NCBI GenBank assembly: GCA_026391005.1
Contig: JAPLEV010000053.1
Span: 9,218 to 73,217 of the forward strand
Source: Flavobacteriia bacterium
GTDB taxonomy: Bacteria > Bacteroidota > Bacteroidia > Flavobacteriales_D > Crocinitomicaceae
Reading direction: 5' to 3'
DNA length: 64,000 nucleotides
This document shows, piece by piece, positions 17,724 through 29,373 of the stretch (positions are counted from its first letter, which is position 1; each line of letters starts with the position of its first letter). The notes beneath the pieces are model-generated. The model was not told the DNA's origin. It ran no database searches and saw nothing but the letters and a program-made list of their open reading frames with translations. Position numbers and translations under genes: made by a program.

Positions 17724-20144
17724 ATGAAACCAATCTTCTGCTTTCTTTTTACATTGCTTCTTTTGGAGGCGAATTCACAAACGTCCTTCTCCCCTGAAAA
17801 TATACTAGGATATAAAATTGGTACGCAATTCACACGACATGATAGAGTAGTCAACTACTTTGAAAAACTCCAAAGTGCTTTTCCTAAACAAGTAAGAATT
17901 GATCCATACGGTCAAACCAATGAAAAAAGAAATTTATTCCTCACTATTATAGCATCAGAGGAAAATTTTAAGCGAATCGAAGAAATTCGAATGAATCACC
18001 TAAAGAATGACCCTTCAGAAAATGTTGCCATTGTATGGCTTAGTTATAATGTACATGGCAATGAAAGCTCCGGAACAGAAGCAGCTATGCAAACGGCTTA
18101 TGAATTACTAACGCAACAAAAAGAGCTGCTGAAAAATACCATCGTTATCATTGATCCGTGCTTAAATCCAGATGGAAGAGAACGTTACGTTAATTTTTTC
18201 TACCAATATAGCGCAAATCCAGTGAACGTGAGTCGCATAAGTGCTGACCATAATGAACCTTGGCCAGGCGGAAGAGCAAATCATTATTTATTTGATTTAA
18301 ATAGAGATTGGGCGTGGCTAACACAAATAGAATCTAAACAGCGGGTAAAGTCCTATAACCGATGGTTGCCACACGTTCATGTAGATTTTCATGAACAATC
18401 AATTAACGAACCGTATTATTTTCCACCAGCGGCAGAACCCTATCACGAAGTGATAACAAAATGGCAACGAGATTTTCAAAAAGAAATAGGAAAAAATCAC
18501 GCAAAGTATTTTGATAAAGCTGGCTGGTTGTATTTTTCAAAAGAAATCTTTGACCTACTCTACCCTAGTTATGGCGATACCTACCCCACCTATAATGGAG
18601 CCATCGGAATGACCTATGAACAAGGTGGTAGCGGAAGATCAGGACTTGCAGTTTTGACAAACACAGGCGATACATTAACACTTAGTGACCGTGTCGCGCA
18701 CCACGTAATGACCGGAATCTCTACCGTTGAAGTGAGTTCAGAAAAATGTAAAAAACTTATTGATGAATACCAACAATTTGCAACAAAGAAAAAATTCACC
18801 TACCAAAGCTACCTTCTTGATGGAAATGCACCGAATTTAGGAGCCTTATTAAAATTAATGGATCAACACGAAATTAGCTATTCGAATGCGCTACCAAATA
18901 ATACGGTTAAAGGATTTGATTATTTCACATCGAAAGAAAGCACCTATAAAACAAAAGAAGGGGATGTGATCATTTCCACCAATCAAATAAAAGGGACGTT
19001 CATTAATGTCTTATTTGAACCCAAAACAGAATTATCCGATTCCTTAACCTACGATTTAACCGCTTGGTCATTGCCCTATGCGTACGGCATCTCAACCATT
19101 GCCTTAGGCCCGGTGCTTGAAGGAAAAAAATACGCGAATAAAACGAAAGAAAACCTAGTAAACGAATCCAATTATGCCTATTTATGTAAATGGGACAATT
19201 TGAATTCTGCTAAGTTTTTGACGCGATTATTGTCAAATAACCTAGCTGTTTCTTTTAGTGAAACAAGCTTTGAAATAAATAAAATGAGCTACGAAAAAGG
19301 AACCTTGATAATTATGAGGGGACAGAACAAACAAGCCGACTTTGATAAAATCATTACTAAAATTGCTAACGAGATTGGTGTGGAATTACACTCTATTTCT
19401 TCAGGTATGGTTGATAAAGGGAATGATCTCGGCTCTTCCTTAGTGAAAAATATTCCAAGGCAAAGAATCGGCGTTTTAATTGGAGCAGAAACATCTTCCC
19501 TTTCTGCTGGCGAAATATGGCACTTCTTCGAACAAGAAGTTAAGCTGGGAGTATCCTTAATTATGGGGGAAGACATAACAAATGCACTAGCCGAGATAGA
19601 TGTTTTATTTATACCAGAAGGAGATTATTCACCTAATTTTTTAGTTAATAGTTGGGTAGACGAAGGAGGGAAATTAATTGTAATGGGAAATGCTGCAGCT
19701 TCATTTGTCAATGATGAAAATTATAGCCTCGATCTAAAAAAAGAGGAAGTAGATACTTTAATAAAAAATATCGCTTACGAAAATACAGAACGAAACGAAA
19801 TTAGCAAAACCATTCTTGGCGCAATTTATGCTTGTGATTTCGATAAGTCTAATCCGCTTTGCTTTGGCTATACTCAAGCGTATTTTACTCTCCGATTGAC
19901 GCCCGAATTGTACACGCTAACAGAAGAACAAACCCCTTTTAAGCTTAAAGCTACTGATGCATTAATTGCCGGGTTCTCTGGGGCATTTGTTAAGAACAAA
20001 CAGGCTTCGGCAATAATTAGTGGAATTGAATCGAAAGGCAAAGGTTGTGTAATTTACTTGCTCGACAATCCCCTTTTTAGAGGGTTTTGGCAAAATGGGA
20101 AATTGCAAATAATGAATGCTGTATATTTTGTTAATCAGCAGTAA
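17724..20144 (+). CDS. M14-family zinc carboxypeptidase, large secreted form
   Basis: Signal peptide present. Zn-binding block YNVHGNESSGTEA, plus FDLNRDW and VDFHE. Confidence 0.85.
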   Translation: MKPIFCFLFTLLLLEANSQTSFSPENILGYKIGTQFTRHDRVVNYFEKLQSAFPKQVRIDPYGQTNEKRNLFLTIIASEENFKRIEEIRMNHLKNDPSENVAIVWLSYNVHGNESSGTEAAMQTAYELLTQQKELLKNTIVIIDPCLNPDGRERYVNFFYQYSANPVNVSRISADHNEPWPGGRANHYLFDLNRDWAWLTQIESKQRVKSYNRWLPHVHVDFHEQSINEPYYFPPAAEPYHEVITKWQRDFQKEIGKNHAKYFDKAGWLYFSKEIFDLLYPSYGDTYPTYNGAIGMTYEQGGSGRSGLAVLTNTGDTLTLSDRVAHHVMTGISTVEVSSEKCKKLIDEYQQFATKKKFTYQSYLLDGNAPNLGALLKLMDQHEISYSNALPNNTVKGFDYFTSKESTYKTKEGDVIISTNQIKGTFINVLFEPKTELSDSLTYDLTAWSLPYAYGISTIALGPVLEGKKYANKTKENLVNESNYAYLCKWDNLNSAKFLTRLLSNNLAVSFSETSFEINKMSYEKGTLIIMRGQNKQADFDKIITKIANEIGVELHSISSGMVDKGNDLGSSLVKNIPRQRIGVLIGAETSSLSAGEIWHFFEQEVKLGVSLIMGEDITNALAEIDVLFIPEGDYSPNFLVNSWVDEGGKLIVMGNAAASFVNDENYSLDLKKEEVDTLIKNIAYENTERNEISKTILGAIYACDFDKSNPLCFGYTQAYFTLRLTPELYTLTEEQTPFKLKATDALIAGFSGAFVKNKQASAIISGIESKGKGCVIYLLDNPLFRGFWQNGKLQIMNAVYFVNQQ

Positions 20145-20194
20145 ATATTGCTCAAACTTGACTTCAATTAGACACTATTTTTGACTAAAAATTG

Positions 20195-20202
20195 TATCTT
20201 TG
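20195..20202 (+). promoter_or_regulatory. Bacteroidota-type -7 box TATCTTTG
   Basis: Perfect TAnnTTTG match 41 nt upstream of the FKBP gene ATG. Confidence 0.3.
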
Positions 20203-20242
20203 TTCTCGAATTTTAAGATAAAATTAACCATTGAATTTTCCT

Positions 20243-21190
20243 ATGCTAAAAATAACCTGGTTCTTACTTGCTTTTACCTTGATAGTTCTTGCAGTGTGCT
20301 ACGAAATTAATAAAAATGAAACTGAAACTGAAATCAAAGTTAAACTTTCAAATGCAAAAGATAGCTTGTCGTATATACTTGGGGCGAAAATTGCACAAGA
20401 AATAGTTAAAGAAACCGGCAAAGATTTTGCGCGTTTAAACAAAGAGCAAATAATAATCGGTTTTAACTCCGATATAAAATCATACTCGCCATCTAAATGT
20501 ATTTCAGCAATTCAAAAGTTATTTGGAAAAAATTTCCAAGACTTCAATGAAAAATATGTTTCAGAGGGCTCGCTAAATATAGGTATATATTCAGCATATT
20601 CTTTTTATTATGATATTCGTAAAGTGAGAGGTAATGACTACGTTAATAAAAGCCTTGTATACAAAGGATATGCCGATGGTTTATACAAAAAAGATGCTTT
20701 TTTGAGCAACGGTTTAAAGGAACAAATAGCGTATAATTTTTATGTTGGATTAAATGAAAAGCATGGTGCTAAAATGATGGCACAAGCCAAACTCATTAAA
20801 GGCGCACAACTATTTGAAAATGGGGTTGTTATTGAAACAATTAAAGCAGGCAATGGCCCTATGCCCGGACTAACTGATGATGTAAAAGTTCATTACATAT
20901 TAACTTCTGCCGTAGGTGACACTATTCAAAATTCGTTCGAAATGACGAACAATGAAAATAAAATAGAGCCTGTGGCATTGAGTTTAAATGGTGGTGTAAT
21001 TCCTGGCTGGTCGTATGCCATACCTAAAATGAAAGTGGGAGGAACGTATCGATTATATTTGCCTTGGGAACTTGCATACGGAGAACAAAATAGACGGGAA
21101 TCACTTTGTTTTGTGGTAGAACTAGTTGCCAGAGGAAAATCAGGTAGCTTTACAGATCTTAAAGAAAATAAACCAGGAGAAAAAAAATAA
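20243..21190 (+). CDS. FKBP-type peptidyl-prolyl cis-trans isomerase (FkpA/Mip-like; possibly a lipoprotein)
   Basis: The C-terminal FKBP domain contains VKVHYILTS and IPGWSYAIPKMKVGGTYRLYLPWELAYGE. The N-terminal sequence LIVLAVC resembles a lipobox. Confidence 0.85.
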   Translation: MLKITWFLLAFTLIVLAVCYEINKNETETEIKVKLSNAKDSLSYILGAKIAQEIVKETGKDFARLNKEQIIIGFNSDIKSYSPSKCISAIQKLFGKNFQDFNEKYVSEGSLNIGIYSAYSFYYDIRKVRGNDYVNKSLVYKGYADGLYKKDAFLSNGLKEQIAYNFYVGLNEKHGAKMMAQAKLIKGAQLFENGVVIETIKAGNGPMPGLTDDVKVHYILTSAVGDTIQNSFEMTNNENKIEPVALSLNGGVIPGWSYAIPKMKVGGTYRLYLPWELAYGEQNRRESLCFVVELVARGKSGSFTDLKENKPGEKK

Positions 21191-21198
21191 ACTGAGAA

Positions 21199-22338
21199 AT
21201 GAAGAAAAAAATAATTGGTAGTTTAATGCTCTTAACGGTTTTGTTTAGCAGTTGTAGCGAAAAGATAGATCTCATTGGTAATTTTCAAGAGACCGCTGTA
21301 ATTTATGGCCTTCTAAATCAAGCAGATACCCTGCACTATATTAAAATTACACGTGCATTTATTGGTCCTGGAGATGCCATGCAAATAGCACAAATAGCTG
21401 ATTCAAGCTATTTTGATCAAGTTGATGCTACCATATCTGAGAAATTAAATGGCATTACAATTCGTACTTGGCAATTAAAAGATACCCTTATTCAAGAAAA
21501 AAATACGAATGGCGTTTTCTATGGCCCAATTCAAAAAGTATACTATTTTAAAACCTTAGCAACGGATGCTAATGAGGGACAAGTAATTTCACAAATCCCT
21601 AGCGAAACATCTTTAAATAAAAATGCTATCTATACTTTAAAAGTTATTCTTAATAATGGTGAGTTTGAAGTAAATGGAGAGACACTTTTAGCAAGTGGCT
21701 TAACAACCACAGCATCCTCGCAGAATTTTACATTCAAATTTTCAGATAATCCAGGTGAATATGTTTCCACATCTGTCGCTGCTTCAAGTACAGGCAATTG
21801 CTTTGTTGTGAATACAAAATTAGAAATCGAATACAATGAGTATATTGGAAACAATAAAACCTTAAAATCATTTGATTGGAACCTCGGTGAAGTGGATGTG
21901 GAACCGAATTCAAGTAAATCTTTTATTGCTATAGGTGAAACGTTTTATAACTTAGTAAAATCAAAAGTGGTAATTGACCCACTTATAACACGTAGAACAT
22001 TTAATGGCATTCGTATCACATTAACAGGAGGTGCTGAAGAACTCTACAACTATATGGTAGTGAACAAGCCAAGTAGTAGCCTTGCGCAAACAAAACCATC
22101 ATACACTAACTTAAGCGTTACAAACGGTAAACGCGTTATTGGAATATTTTCATCCCGACAAACAGTTACTGCATACAAACCATTCTTTGTAGGTGCAGGT
22201 CAAGCCTATCTTCGTGCTATTGATAAAAAAAGCACAAAAGAACTTTGTAGTGGTCCAATAACAGGATTACTCTTATTTTGCTCCGATCATCCAGGTGACA
22301 ATGTTTTAAATTTAGAAGAGCCGTACGCTTGTCCTTAA
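21199..22338 (+). CDS. Hypothetical lipoprotein (379 aa)
   Basis: Lipoprotein signal LLTVLFSSC. I recognise no motif with confidence. The C-terminal tail is Cys-containing. Confidence 0.65.
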   Translation: MKKKIIGSLMLLTVLFSSCSEKIDLIGNFQETAVIYGLLNQADTLHYIKITRAFIGPGDAMQIAQIADSSYFDQVDATISEKLNGITIRTWQLKDTLIQEKNTNGVFYGPIQKVYYFKTLATDANEGQVISQIPSETSLNKNAIYTLKVILNNGEFEVNGETLLASGLTTTASSQNFTFKFSDNPGEYVSTSVAASSTGNCFVVNTKLEIEYNEYIGNNKTLKSFDWNLGEVDVEPNSSKSFIAIGETFYNLVKSKVVIDPLITRRTFNGIRITLTGGAEELYNYMVVNKPSSSLAQTKPSYTNLSVTNGKRVIGIFSSRQTVTAYKPFFVGAGQAYLRAIDKKSTKELCSGPITGLLLFCSDHPGDNVLNLEEPYACP

Positions 22339-22380
22339 TGACTTGCCACTTTATTTAGAATAATAGGTAAATTTATCTTC

Positions 22381-24864
22381 ATGACTGAACGTGCCACTTT
22401 TTTTGTTGACGTTGTCCTTCCTGTGCCAATTGCGCAGGCGTTTACATATCGCGTTCCTACTGAGCTAAATGAGCAAATTTGCTTTGGAATTCGGGTTATC
22501 GTTCCCTTTGGAAAAAATAAGCGATTAACAGGGATTATAACGAGAATTCATGAAATCGCACCTATTAATTATCAGGCAAAATATCTGGAATTACTTCTGG
22601 ATCAATCTCCAATCATAACAGAAAAACAATTCTTTTTGTGGAATTGGATTTCAAGCTATTATCTAGCACCTATCGGAGACGTAATGAATGCTGCACTACC
22701 TGCCAATTTCAAACTGGCAAGTGAAACTAAAATAGTTATACATCCTGATTATGACCCTAATCTCGACGGACTATCTGAAAAAGAATTAACCATAGTGACA
22801 ATCGTAGAAGAGAGAGAATCAATAGATCTTAAAGAATTATCAGATATCGTAGATATAAAATATATTCAGCCCATCATAAAACGATTAATTGAAAAAAGAA
22901 TCATTGCAACACAAGAAGAGATTAACCAACGATATTCGCCCAAAACCATTACATGCCTAGAATTAACTGAACTATTTTCAAATGATGAGGCTTTAAATAG
23001 CTTAGTTCAAAAATTGGAAAATAAAGCAAATGGAAAAAGTCAACAAAATGCTTTATTAATGGTAATTAAAATGGCAATGGAGCTGGGTGGAATTACGCAT
23101 CCTGTTCCTAAAAATCAACTTATTAAAAATGAAGTAAGCACCTCAGCACTCCATACGCTAGAGAAAAAAGGGGTCCTAAAAAGCAGCAAAATGACAATAG
23201 ATCGACTTGTTTCAACTAACAAGGATCAACTTGCTTTCAAGCCATTGTCAATAAATCAAACACGTTGTTTAACTGAAATAGAAGATTCATTCCAAAACAA
23301 AGCCATCACATTGTTGCACGGCATAACAGGATCCGGAAAAACAGAAATATACGTTCAACTCATCCAATCGTACTTGGATATGGGGAAACAAGTGCTCTAT
23401 TTATTACCAGAAATTGCCCTAACAACACAACTAATTCAACGGTTATCCATCTATTTTGGAAAACAAATTGGCGTTTATCACTCCAAGTTTAATCAAAATG
23501 AAAGAGTAGAAATATGGAATAAAGTGCTGACAAATGATAACGAAGAATTTAGACTCGTAATTGGTGCGAGGTCGGCAGTATTTTTACCTTTTCAAAATTT
23601 AGGACTCATCATTGTAGATGAAGAGCATGAAACATCCTTTAAGCAGCATGATCCTTCGCCAAGGTATAATGCAAGAGATACTGCTCTTATCTTGGCACAT
23701 AGCCATAAAGCGAAAACCCTTTTGGGCTCAGCTACGCCAAGTTTTGAAAGCTATTTTAATGCAAAACAAGGAAAATATAGCTTAGTAGAATTAATGGAAC
23801 GCTTCAGAGGAGTTGAACTGCCAGAAGTTGTTTGTTCTGATATGAAAAGTGAATACAAACGAAAGACGGTAAACACTAATTTTTCCACTCTCTTATTAGA
23901 AGAAATTAATTTGACACTAAAGAGAAATGAACAGATTATTCTTTTTCAAAATCGTAGAGGATATACCCCTCGTTGGTCCTGTGAAGTTTGTACTTGGTCA
24001 CCAAAATGCACCAATTGTGATGTTACCCTAACCTATCACAAATTTGGGAATGTTTTAAAATGTCACTATTGCAGCTTCGTTATCCCCCCAATGGGTTCTT
24101 GTCGTGCCTGTGGAAGCAATCGTTTAAAAATGATTGGTTTTGGAACTGAAAAAATTGAGGATGACTTAGCGATTCACTTTCCGGCTGCCGTTATCAAAAG
24201 AATGGATTTAGATACGACTCGATCTAAAAATGCATATTCAGAAATAATAAATGATTTTGAAAACAGAAAGATTGATGTGTTAATTGGCACCCAAATGTTA
24301 TCTAAAGGATTAGACTTTGATAACGTTACACTCGTTGGTATAATGGATGCCGATATGCTTCTAAATCGCCCTGACTTTCGGGCGTTTGAAAGGTCTTTCC
24401 AACTGATGACTCAGGTTGCGGGGAGAGCCGGAAGAAAAGAAAAAAAAGGAAAAGTAATTATTCAAACTGGGCAAGTTGATCATTGGGTCATTAAAAAAGT
24501 AATGCATCATGATTTTATTGAATTCTATAATCACGAAATCATTGAGCGAGAAAACTTTTTCTATCCCCCTTATTATAAGTTGATTGTTTTAACCCTCAAA
24601 CATAGCGAAGAACCTTTATTAAATTTAGCTGCAATTGAATTAGCGAATTCCTTGAGAACTAGTTTTAAAGAAAGGGTATTAGGGCCAGAATTTCCAATTA
24701 TAAAAAAAATTCAAAAATTATATTTGAAAGAAATAAAGATCAAATACGAAAAAAGCCTTTCTGACATAAAAGTAAAAGAGCGCATTCAAGCGCTCTTAAC
24801 TGAATTCTATTCAAAATCACAGAACAAAAGTGTTCGGGTGGTAATTGATGTCGATCCTATTTAA
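22381..24864 (+). CDS. priA: Primosomal protein N' (replication restart helicase PriA)
   Basis: Walker A (GITGSGKT), DEEH box, and the Cys-rich zinc insertion (CEVCTW..CTNC..CHYC..CRAC). Confidence 0.93.
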   Translation: MTERATFFVDVVLPVPIAQAFTYRVPTELNEQICFGIRVIVPFGKNKRLTGIITRIHEIAPINYQAKYLELLLDQSPIITEKQFFLWNWISSYYLAPIGDVMNAALPANFKLASETKIVIHPDYDPNLDGLSEKELTIVTIVEERESIDLKELSDIVDIKYIQPIIKRLIEKRIIATQEEINQRYSPKTITCLELTELFSNDEALNSLVQKLENKANGKSQQNALLMVIKMAMELGGITHPVPKNQLIKNEVSTSALHTLEKKGVLKSSKMTIDRLVSTNKDQLAFKPLSINQTRCLTEIEDSFQNKAITLLHGITGSGKTEIYVQLIQSYLDMGKQVLYLLPEIALTTQLIQRLSIYFGKQIGVYHSKFNQNERVEIWNKVLTNDNEEFRLVIGARSAVFLPFQNLGLIIVDEEHETSFKQHDPSPRYNARDTALILAHSHKAKTLLGSATPSFESYFNAKQGKYSLVELMERFRGVELPEVVCSDMKSEYKRKTVNTNFSTLLLEEINLTLKRNEQIILFQNRRGYTPRWSCEVCTWSPKCTNCDVTLTYHKFGNVLKCHYCSFVIPPMGSCRACGSNRLKMIGFGTEKIEDDLAIHFPAAVIKRMDLDTTRSKNAYSEIINDFENRKIDVLIGTQMLSKGLDFDNVTLVGIMDADMLLNRPDFRAFERSFQLMTQVAGRAGRKEKKGKVIIQTGQVDHWVIKKVMHHDFIEFYNHEIIERENFFYPPYYKLIVLTLKHSEEPLLNLAAIELANSLRTSFKERVLGPEFPIIKKIQKLYLKEIKIKYEKSLSDIKVKERIQALLTEFYSKSQNKSVRVVIDVDPI

Positions 24865-25730
24865 CCTAAATACTCCTGAAGCATCTTGTTCTTGGAGGTA
24901 TGTTTCAATCGACGAATCGCCTTTTCTTTAATCTGTCGAACCCGTTCACGTGTTAATTCAAATCGGTCTCCTATTTCTTCAAGAGACAATGGCGCTTTTC
25001 CTTCAAGGCCAAAAAACATTGAAATAACTTCACTCTCACGTGGTGTCAAAGATGTTAATGAGCGACGAATATCGCTTCTTAATGATTCTAAAACTAAATT
25101 ACTTTCGGGACTAGGTAATGAATCCCCCATTAATACATCATACATATTAGATGATGATTCGTCACTTTCAACTAATGGTGCATCCATTGAAATATGACGG
25201 CCATTTTGTGCCAAAGACTGTTTGATTTCATCTGTACTACAACTCAAAAATTCAGCTAACTCTTCGGCTGAAGGCGGACGCTCAAATTTTTGTTCTAATT
25301 CTGAAAATGCGCGATTTATTTTATTGATATTCCCAATTTTATTGAGAGGTAAACGGACAATCCGAGCCTGCTCGGCAAGTGCCTGCAGAATAGACTGCCT
25401 AATCCACCAAACAGCATATGAGATAAATTTAAAACCACGTGTCTCATCAAAACGCTCCGCAGCTTTAATCAAACCCAAATTACCTTCGTTGATTAAATCT
25501 GGCAAGGCCAATCCTTGATTTTGGTATTGCTTAGAAACCGAAACAACGAATCGTAAATTAGCTTTTGTCAATCTCTCAAGTGCTAAGCGATCCCCTGCCC
25601 TGATTTTTCTTGCTAATTCTACCTCCTCATCTGCCGAAATAAGATCCATTCGACCAATTTCTTGTAAATACTTGTCAAGAGAAGCTGTTTCTCTATTGGT
25701 AACCTGTTTAGCGATTTTTAATTGCCTCAT
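24861..25730 (-). CDS. rpoD: RNA polymerase primary sigma factor (sigma-70 family, Bacteroidota SigA type)
   Basis: Regions 2 to 4 are recognisable ([15 protein letters not shown], the [15 protein letters not shown] helix-turn-helix). Length is 289 aa. Confidence 0.92.
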   Translation of the reverse strand: MRQLKIAKQVTNRETASLDKYLQEIGRMDLISADEEVELARKIRAGDRLALERLTKANLRFVVSVSKQYQNQGLALPDLINEGNLGLIKAAERFDETRGFKFISYAVWWIRQSILQALAEQARIVRLPLNKIGNINKINRAFSELEQKFERPPSAEELAEFLSCSTDEIKQSLAQNGRHISMDAPLVESDESSSNMYDVLMGDSLPSPESNLVLESLRSDIRRSLTSLTPRESEVISMFFGLEGKAPLSLEEIGDRFELTRERVRQIKEKAIRRLKHTSKNKMLQEYLG

Positions 25731-25880
25731 AATTTGTATAATTGTTTATTAAAGTGAATACCTTAACGAAAGAAAATCAATAAGGTTAGGCTATTAATGA
25801 AAAAAACCTAAAAAGATTACACAAAGATGAAAATTAAGCTTGTTTAAGAGATAATAACACGCTCTTTAACGAGGATTTGG

Positions 25881-26849
25881 CTAATAACCTAGTTTAGTCC
25901 GTACCCTGTTCAAAACAACTTGAGCCGTTTTTCTTGCCTTTTCTGCCCCCTGAGCTAAGATAAGATTCAATTCTTTTTCGTGCGACATAAAATATACATA
26001 CTTTTCACGTTCTTGATGAAATCTTGTTAAGATTGTATCAAATAATGCTTGCTTAGCATGACCATAGCCGAAGCCACCAGCCAGATAATTACGATGCATA
26101 ATTGAAACTTCCTCCTTAGAGGCGATTAACGAATATAAGCTGTAAATAGAACACTTAGAAGGGTCTTTGGGCGCTTCAAGAGGAGTACTATCAGAAGAAA
26201 TAGACATAACTTGTTTTTTCAACTCTTTCTCTGGAGCAAAGATATCGATGAAATTATTTCTTGATTTACTCATTTTCTGCCCGTCTGTGCCAGGAATTAG
26301 CATTGTACTTTCACTAACCCTTTCAGAGGGAATGATAAAGGTGTCTCCCATCTTTAAATTAAAACGCATGGCAACATCGCGCGTCATCTCAAGATGCTGT
26401 AATTGATCTTTTCCAACAGGTACAATGTTCGCATCATACAACAATATATCAGCGGCCATTAACATTGGATAGGTAAAAAGTCCCCCATTTACATCTTCTA
26501 AACGATCCGATTTATCTTTAAAGCTATGCGCCAATGTAAGTCGTTGGTATGGATAGAATGCCAAAAGATACCACATTAATTGAGTTACTTCCGGGACATC
26601 GCTTTGCCTGTAAAAAGTTGCTTTATCGGTATCTAAACCGCATGCTAACCAAGTGGCCGCAGTAGATAAAGTATTTCTTTCTAATTCTTCAGCAGACTTT
26701 ATCTGAGTGAGTGAATGGAGATTCGCAATAAAAAAAAACGCATCATTACCTGGCTCATTGGATAAAGCTATCGCAGGTAGTATGGCGCCAAGAATATTAC
26801 CTAAATGAGGTGTACCTGTACTTTGTATTCCAGTTAAAATTCTTGACAT
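25881..26849 (-). CDS. trpS: Tryptophan--tRNA ligase
   Basis: HIGH-type motif TPHLGN and a KMSKS motif. Length is 322 aa. Confidence 0.93.
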   Translation of the reverse strand: MSRILTGIQSTGTPHLGNILGAILPAIALSNEPGNDAFFFIANLHSLTQIKSAEELERNTLSTAATWLACGLDTDKATFYRQSDVPEVTQLMWYLLAFYPYQRLTLAHSFKDKSDRLEDVNGGLFTYPMLMAADILLYDANIVPVGKDQLQHLEMTRDVAMRFNLKMGDTFIIPSERVSESTMLIPGTDGQKMSKSRNNFIDIFAPEKELKKQVMSISSDSTPLEAPKDPSKCSIYSLYSLIASKEEVSIMHRNYLAGGFGYGHAKQALFDTILTRFHQEREKYVYFMSHEKELNLILAQGAEKARKTAQVVLNRVRTKLGY

Positions 26850-26930
26850 TAGTGACTATTTTTAACAAAAATAATTAAAAGCAGGCAAAGCATAGATGTA
26901 ATTTATGCTGTTAATTCACTAAATTTGAAA

Positions 26931-27689
26931 ATGAAATACATTTATGGTAGTGCTGCGAACCTATGGAAGTTGTATATAGCTATTATTTTTAGCATTTTCG
27001 CGATTCTTTTTTATCCTTTTTTGTACATTTTACTATTGAATAAGAAGTGGAAAAAAATTAGTTTTAAATTCTTTATCGTTTGGAGTTGGTGCATGCGAAT
27101 AGCCTGTTTCTACCGAGTCAAAAAAGTTATCTATTCCAAAATTCATGAAGGCCCCTACATTATTGTATCGAATCACGTTTCTTACTTAGATATCTTTTTG
27201 ATGTATTCAATACTTCCTAAATCCCCATTTGTCTTCTTGGGGAAAAGTGAAATTCTTTCCTACCCCATAATAAGAACTTATTTTAAAAATCTAAATATCC
27301 CAGTTTATAGAAATGATAAATCAAAAGCTGGACAAGCGTATTCGGAGTCATTGAAATCTGTTAATAATGGTTGGTCACTCGTGATTTTTCCTGAGGGAAC
27401 AATACCAGACAACGACGCGCCAAAAATGCTACCTTTTAAAAATGGGGCTTTTAAATTAGCAAAAGTTTTAAATATTCCAATTTTACCACTAACATTTGAG
27501 AATAATCATAAATTATTTTCAGATCCAACCAACATTTGGGGCCCAGCAAGACCTGGATTGTCAATTGTGCATATTCACGATATTATTCCGGCCGATGTAA
27601 TTCAAAAAAAGGAAGTGACCGAAATTAGTGAGATGTGTTTTGAAATTATTTCCAAACCTTTAAAAGAAAAGCATCCAGAACTTTATTAA
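26931..27689 (+). CDS. plsC: 1-acyl-sn-glycerol-3-phosphate acyltransferase family protein
   Basis: NHVSYLD (HX4D) and FPEGT motifs, with an N-terminal TM segment. The listed start at 26925 is a TTG codon. Confidence 0.82.
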   Translation: MKYIYGSAANLWKLYIAIIFSIFAILFYPFLYILLLNKKWKKISFKFFIVWSWCMRIACFYRVKKVIYSKIHEGPYIIVSNHVSYLDIFLMYSILPKSPFVFLGKSEILSYPIIRTYFKNLNIPVYRNDKSKAGQAYSESLKSVNNGWSLVIFPEGTIPDNDAPKMLPFKNGAFKLAKVLNIPILPLTFENNHKLFSDPTNIWGPARPGLSIVHIHDIIPADVIQKKEVTEISEMCFEIISKPLKEKHPELY

Positions 27690-27698
27690 TTTTGTAGT

Positions 27699-27989
27699 AT
27701 GAAAATTGACAACGAATTAATCGACCATCTATCCTATCTTGCTAAACTTAAATTCGAAGGGGAAGATAAAGAGGCGATAAAAGCAGACATGATCAAAATA
27801 ATTGGTTTTATGCAAACCCTAGGCGAGGTGAATACAGAGAATGTTGAACCTTTGATTTTCATGACAGAAGAATTTGATCGTTTACGCGATGATGTAACTC
27901 AAATAAGTATTTCACAAGAAGAAGCTCTTAAAAATGCACCCAAAAAAGACAGTGATTATTTTCGAATCCCAAAAGTTTTAGACAAATAG
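27699..27989 (+). CDS. gatC: Asp-tRNA(Asn)/Glu-tRNA(Gln) amidotransferase subunit C
   Basis: 96 aa. The sequence is typical of GatC (LAKLKF..., EPLIFMTE, LRDD). Confidence 0.85.
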   Translation: MKIDNELIDHLSYLAKLKFEGEDKEAIKADMIKIIGFMQTLGEVNTENVEPLIFMTEEFDRLRDDVTQISISQEEALKNAPKKDSDYFRIPKVLDK

Positions 27990-27990
27990 C

Positions 27991-28353
27991 TTACTGAACA
28001 TAATCTTGCTTTTGCACCAACATATATTGATCATTATCTAATTTAATGTATCCGTATTCATAGCAAAAATAATAATTATACCCTTTTTGGGTCTGATACA
28101 AATTAGTGAAGTAATGAAAATTAAATCCTTCCTCCGCTAAACTAATCCCGTTTAATGTTTTTTTACCATTCGGATTTAATTTATAGAGGATCCTGCGGTT
28201 TTTACGAAGAATTCTATTTACTCTTCTCACGATTGAATTAGCATCTTCATTTAAGCGATTATTAAACGAATTGCGGCAATAGTCTCCGCAAAACTTTTGG
28301 TCCTTCCGTCCCGAAAGTTTATTGCAACATTCCAAACAAGTTCGAAGCTCCAT
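27991..28353 (-). CDS. Hypothetical zinc-ribbon protein (120 aa)
   Basis: N-terminal CxxC...CxxxC pattern (CLECCNKLSGRKDQKFCGDYC). Confidence 0.6.
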   Translation of the reverse strand: MELRTCLECCNKLSGRKDQKFCGDYCRNSFNNRLNEDANSIVRRVNRILRKNRRILYKLNPNGKKTLNGISLAEEGFNFHYFTNLYQTQKGYNYYFCYEYGYIKLDNDQYMLVQKQDYVQ

Positions 28354-28452
28354 ACGAATAGCTATTTGATTTAAGATTTTGAATAAAACAACTACCTAAC
28401 GAAAAAAGGTGATTAAAATTCTACATTAAAAGAGAATGAATAAATCTTTCAC

Positions 28453-29373
28453 TTAGTGAATACTAATTTTCATTCCGTCTTCAACAATAGTTGTATTTGG
28501 AAATATGGCGGAGGCTTCAGACAAGTGCTCTTCACAATTGGCATAGCGTGATGAAAAATGGCCCAAAAACAATTGTTTAACGCCTAAATTTAAGGCAACA
28601 GTTGCTGCTTGCTCGGCAGTAGAATGCGCAGTATTTTTAGCTCTTTCTTTATGCCGATTTGAAAAAGTTGCCTCATGATATAAAAAAGTAGTGCCCTTGA
28701 TAAAGGAATAAATATTCTTGAAAGGAGCTGTATCTGAGCAATATGCATATGAAAGAGGTGGTGATGCTGAAATAGTATAATCAGCGAAATTCAATAGAGT
28801 GCCATCTAATAATTCAATTGAATTTCCTTGTTTTAATAATCGAAAATATTCTTTTTTTATTCCCGCTTCTTTTAAAGCTGGTAAGTTGAGTTTCAATTCT
28901 GATCCTTTTTCTTCAATTAAAAACCCAAAGGTTGGTATGCGGTGCTTAAGCGGAAAAGCGCTAACACGCATTAAATTATCTTCGAAAATAACTTCTTTTT
29001 GATTTGCAGTTAAGGGAATAAAGTTTAATTGAAAATTTAAAGGTGAAAAGGCTGCTTCAAATTGTACCTTTAAAATATTTTCTAACGATACTGGCCCATA
29101 TATGGTTAACCCTTGATTTCTTCCTAAAAGACTCATTGTGCTCAACAAACCAATTAATCCAAAATAATGGTCACCATGCAAATGAGAAATGAAAATATGT
29201 GCTATTTTTTGGAAATGAACACCATATTTTCGCATCTGGCTTTGTGTCCCTTCGCCGCAATCAATTAATAGATGTCGATTATTACAAACAATATACTGCG
29301 CACTTGGAGCTCTATTTGAAGTGGGCAATGCCGCACCACTCCCTAAGACAACAACTTCAAATAGCTTACTCAA
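28453..29373 (-). CDS. rnz: Ribonuclease Z
   Basis: Metallo-beta-lactamase motif HLHGDH. Length (306 aa) and layout fit RNase Z. Confidence 0.88.
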   Translation of the reverse strand: MSKLFEVVVLGSGAALPTSNRAPSAQYIVCNNRHLLIDCGEGTQSQMRKYGVHFQKIAHIFISHLHGDHYFGLIGLLSTMSLLGRNQGLTIYGPVSLENILKVQFEAAFSPLNFQLNFIPLTANQKEVIFEDNLMRVSAFPLKHRIPTFGFLIEEKGSELKLNLPALKEAGIKKEYFRLLKQGNSIELLDGTLLNFADYTISASPPLSYAYCSDTAPFKNIYSFIKGTTFLYHEATFSNRHKERAKNTAHSTAEQAATVALNLGVKQLFLGHFSSRYANCEEHLSEASAIFPNTTIVEDGMKISIH

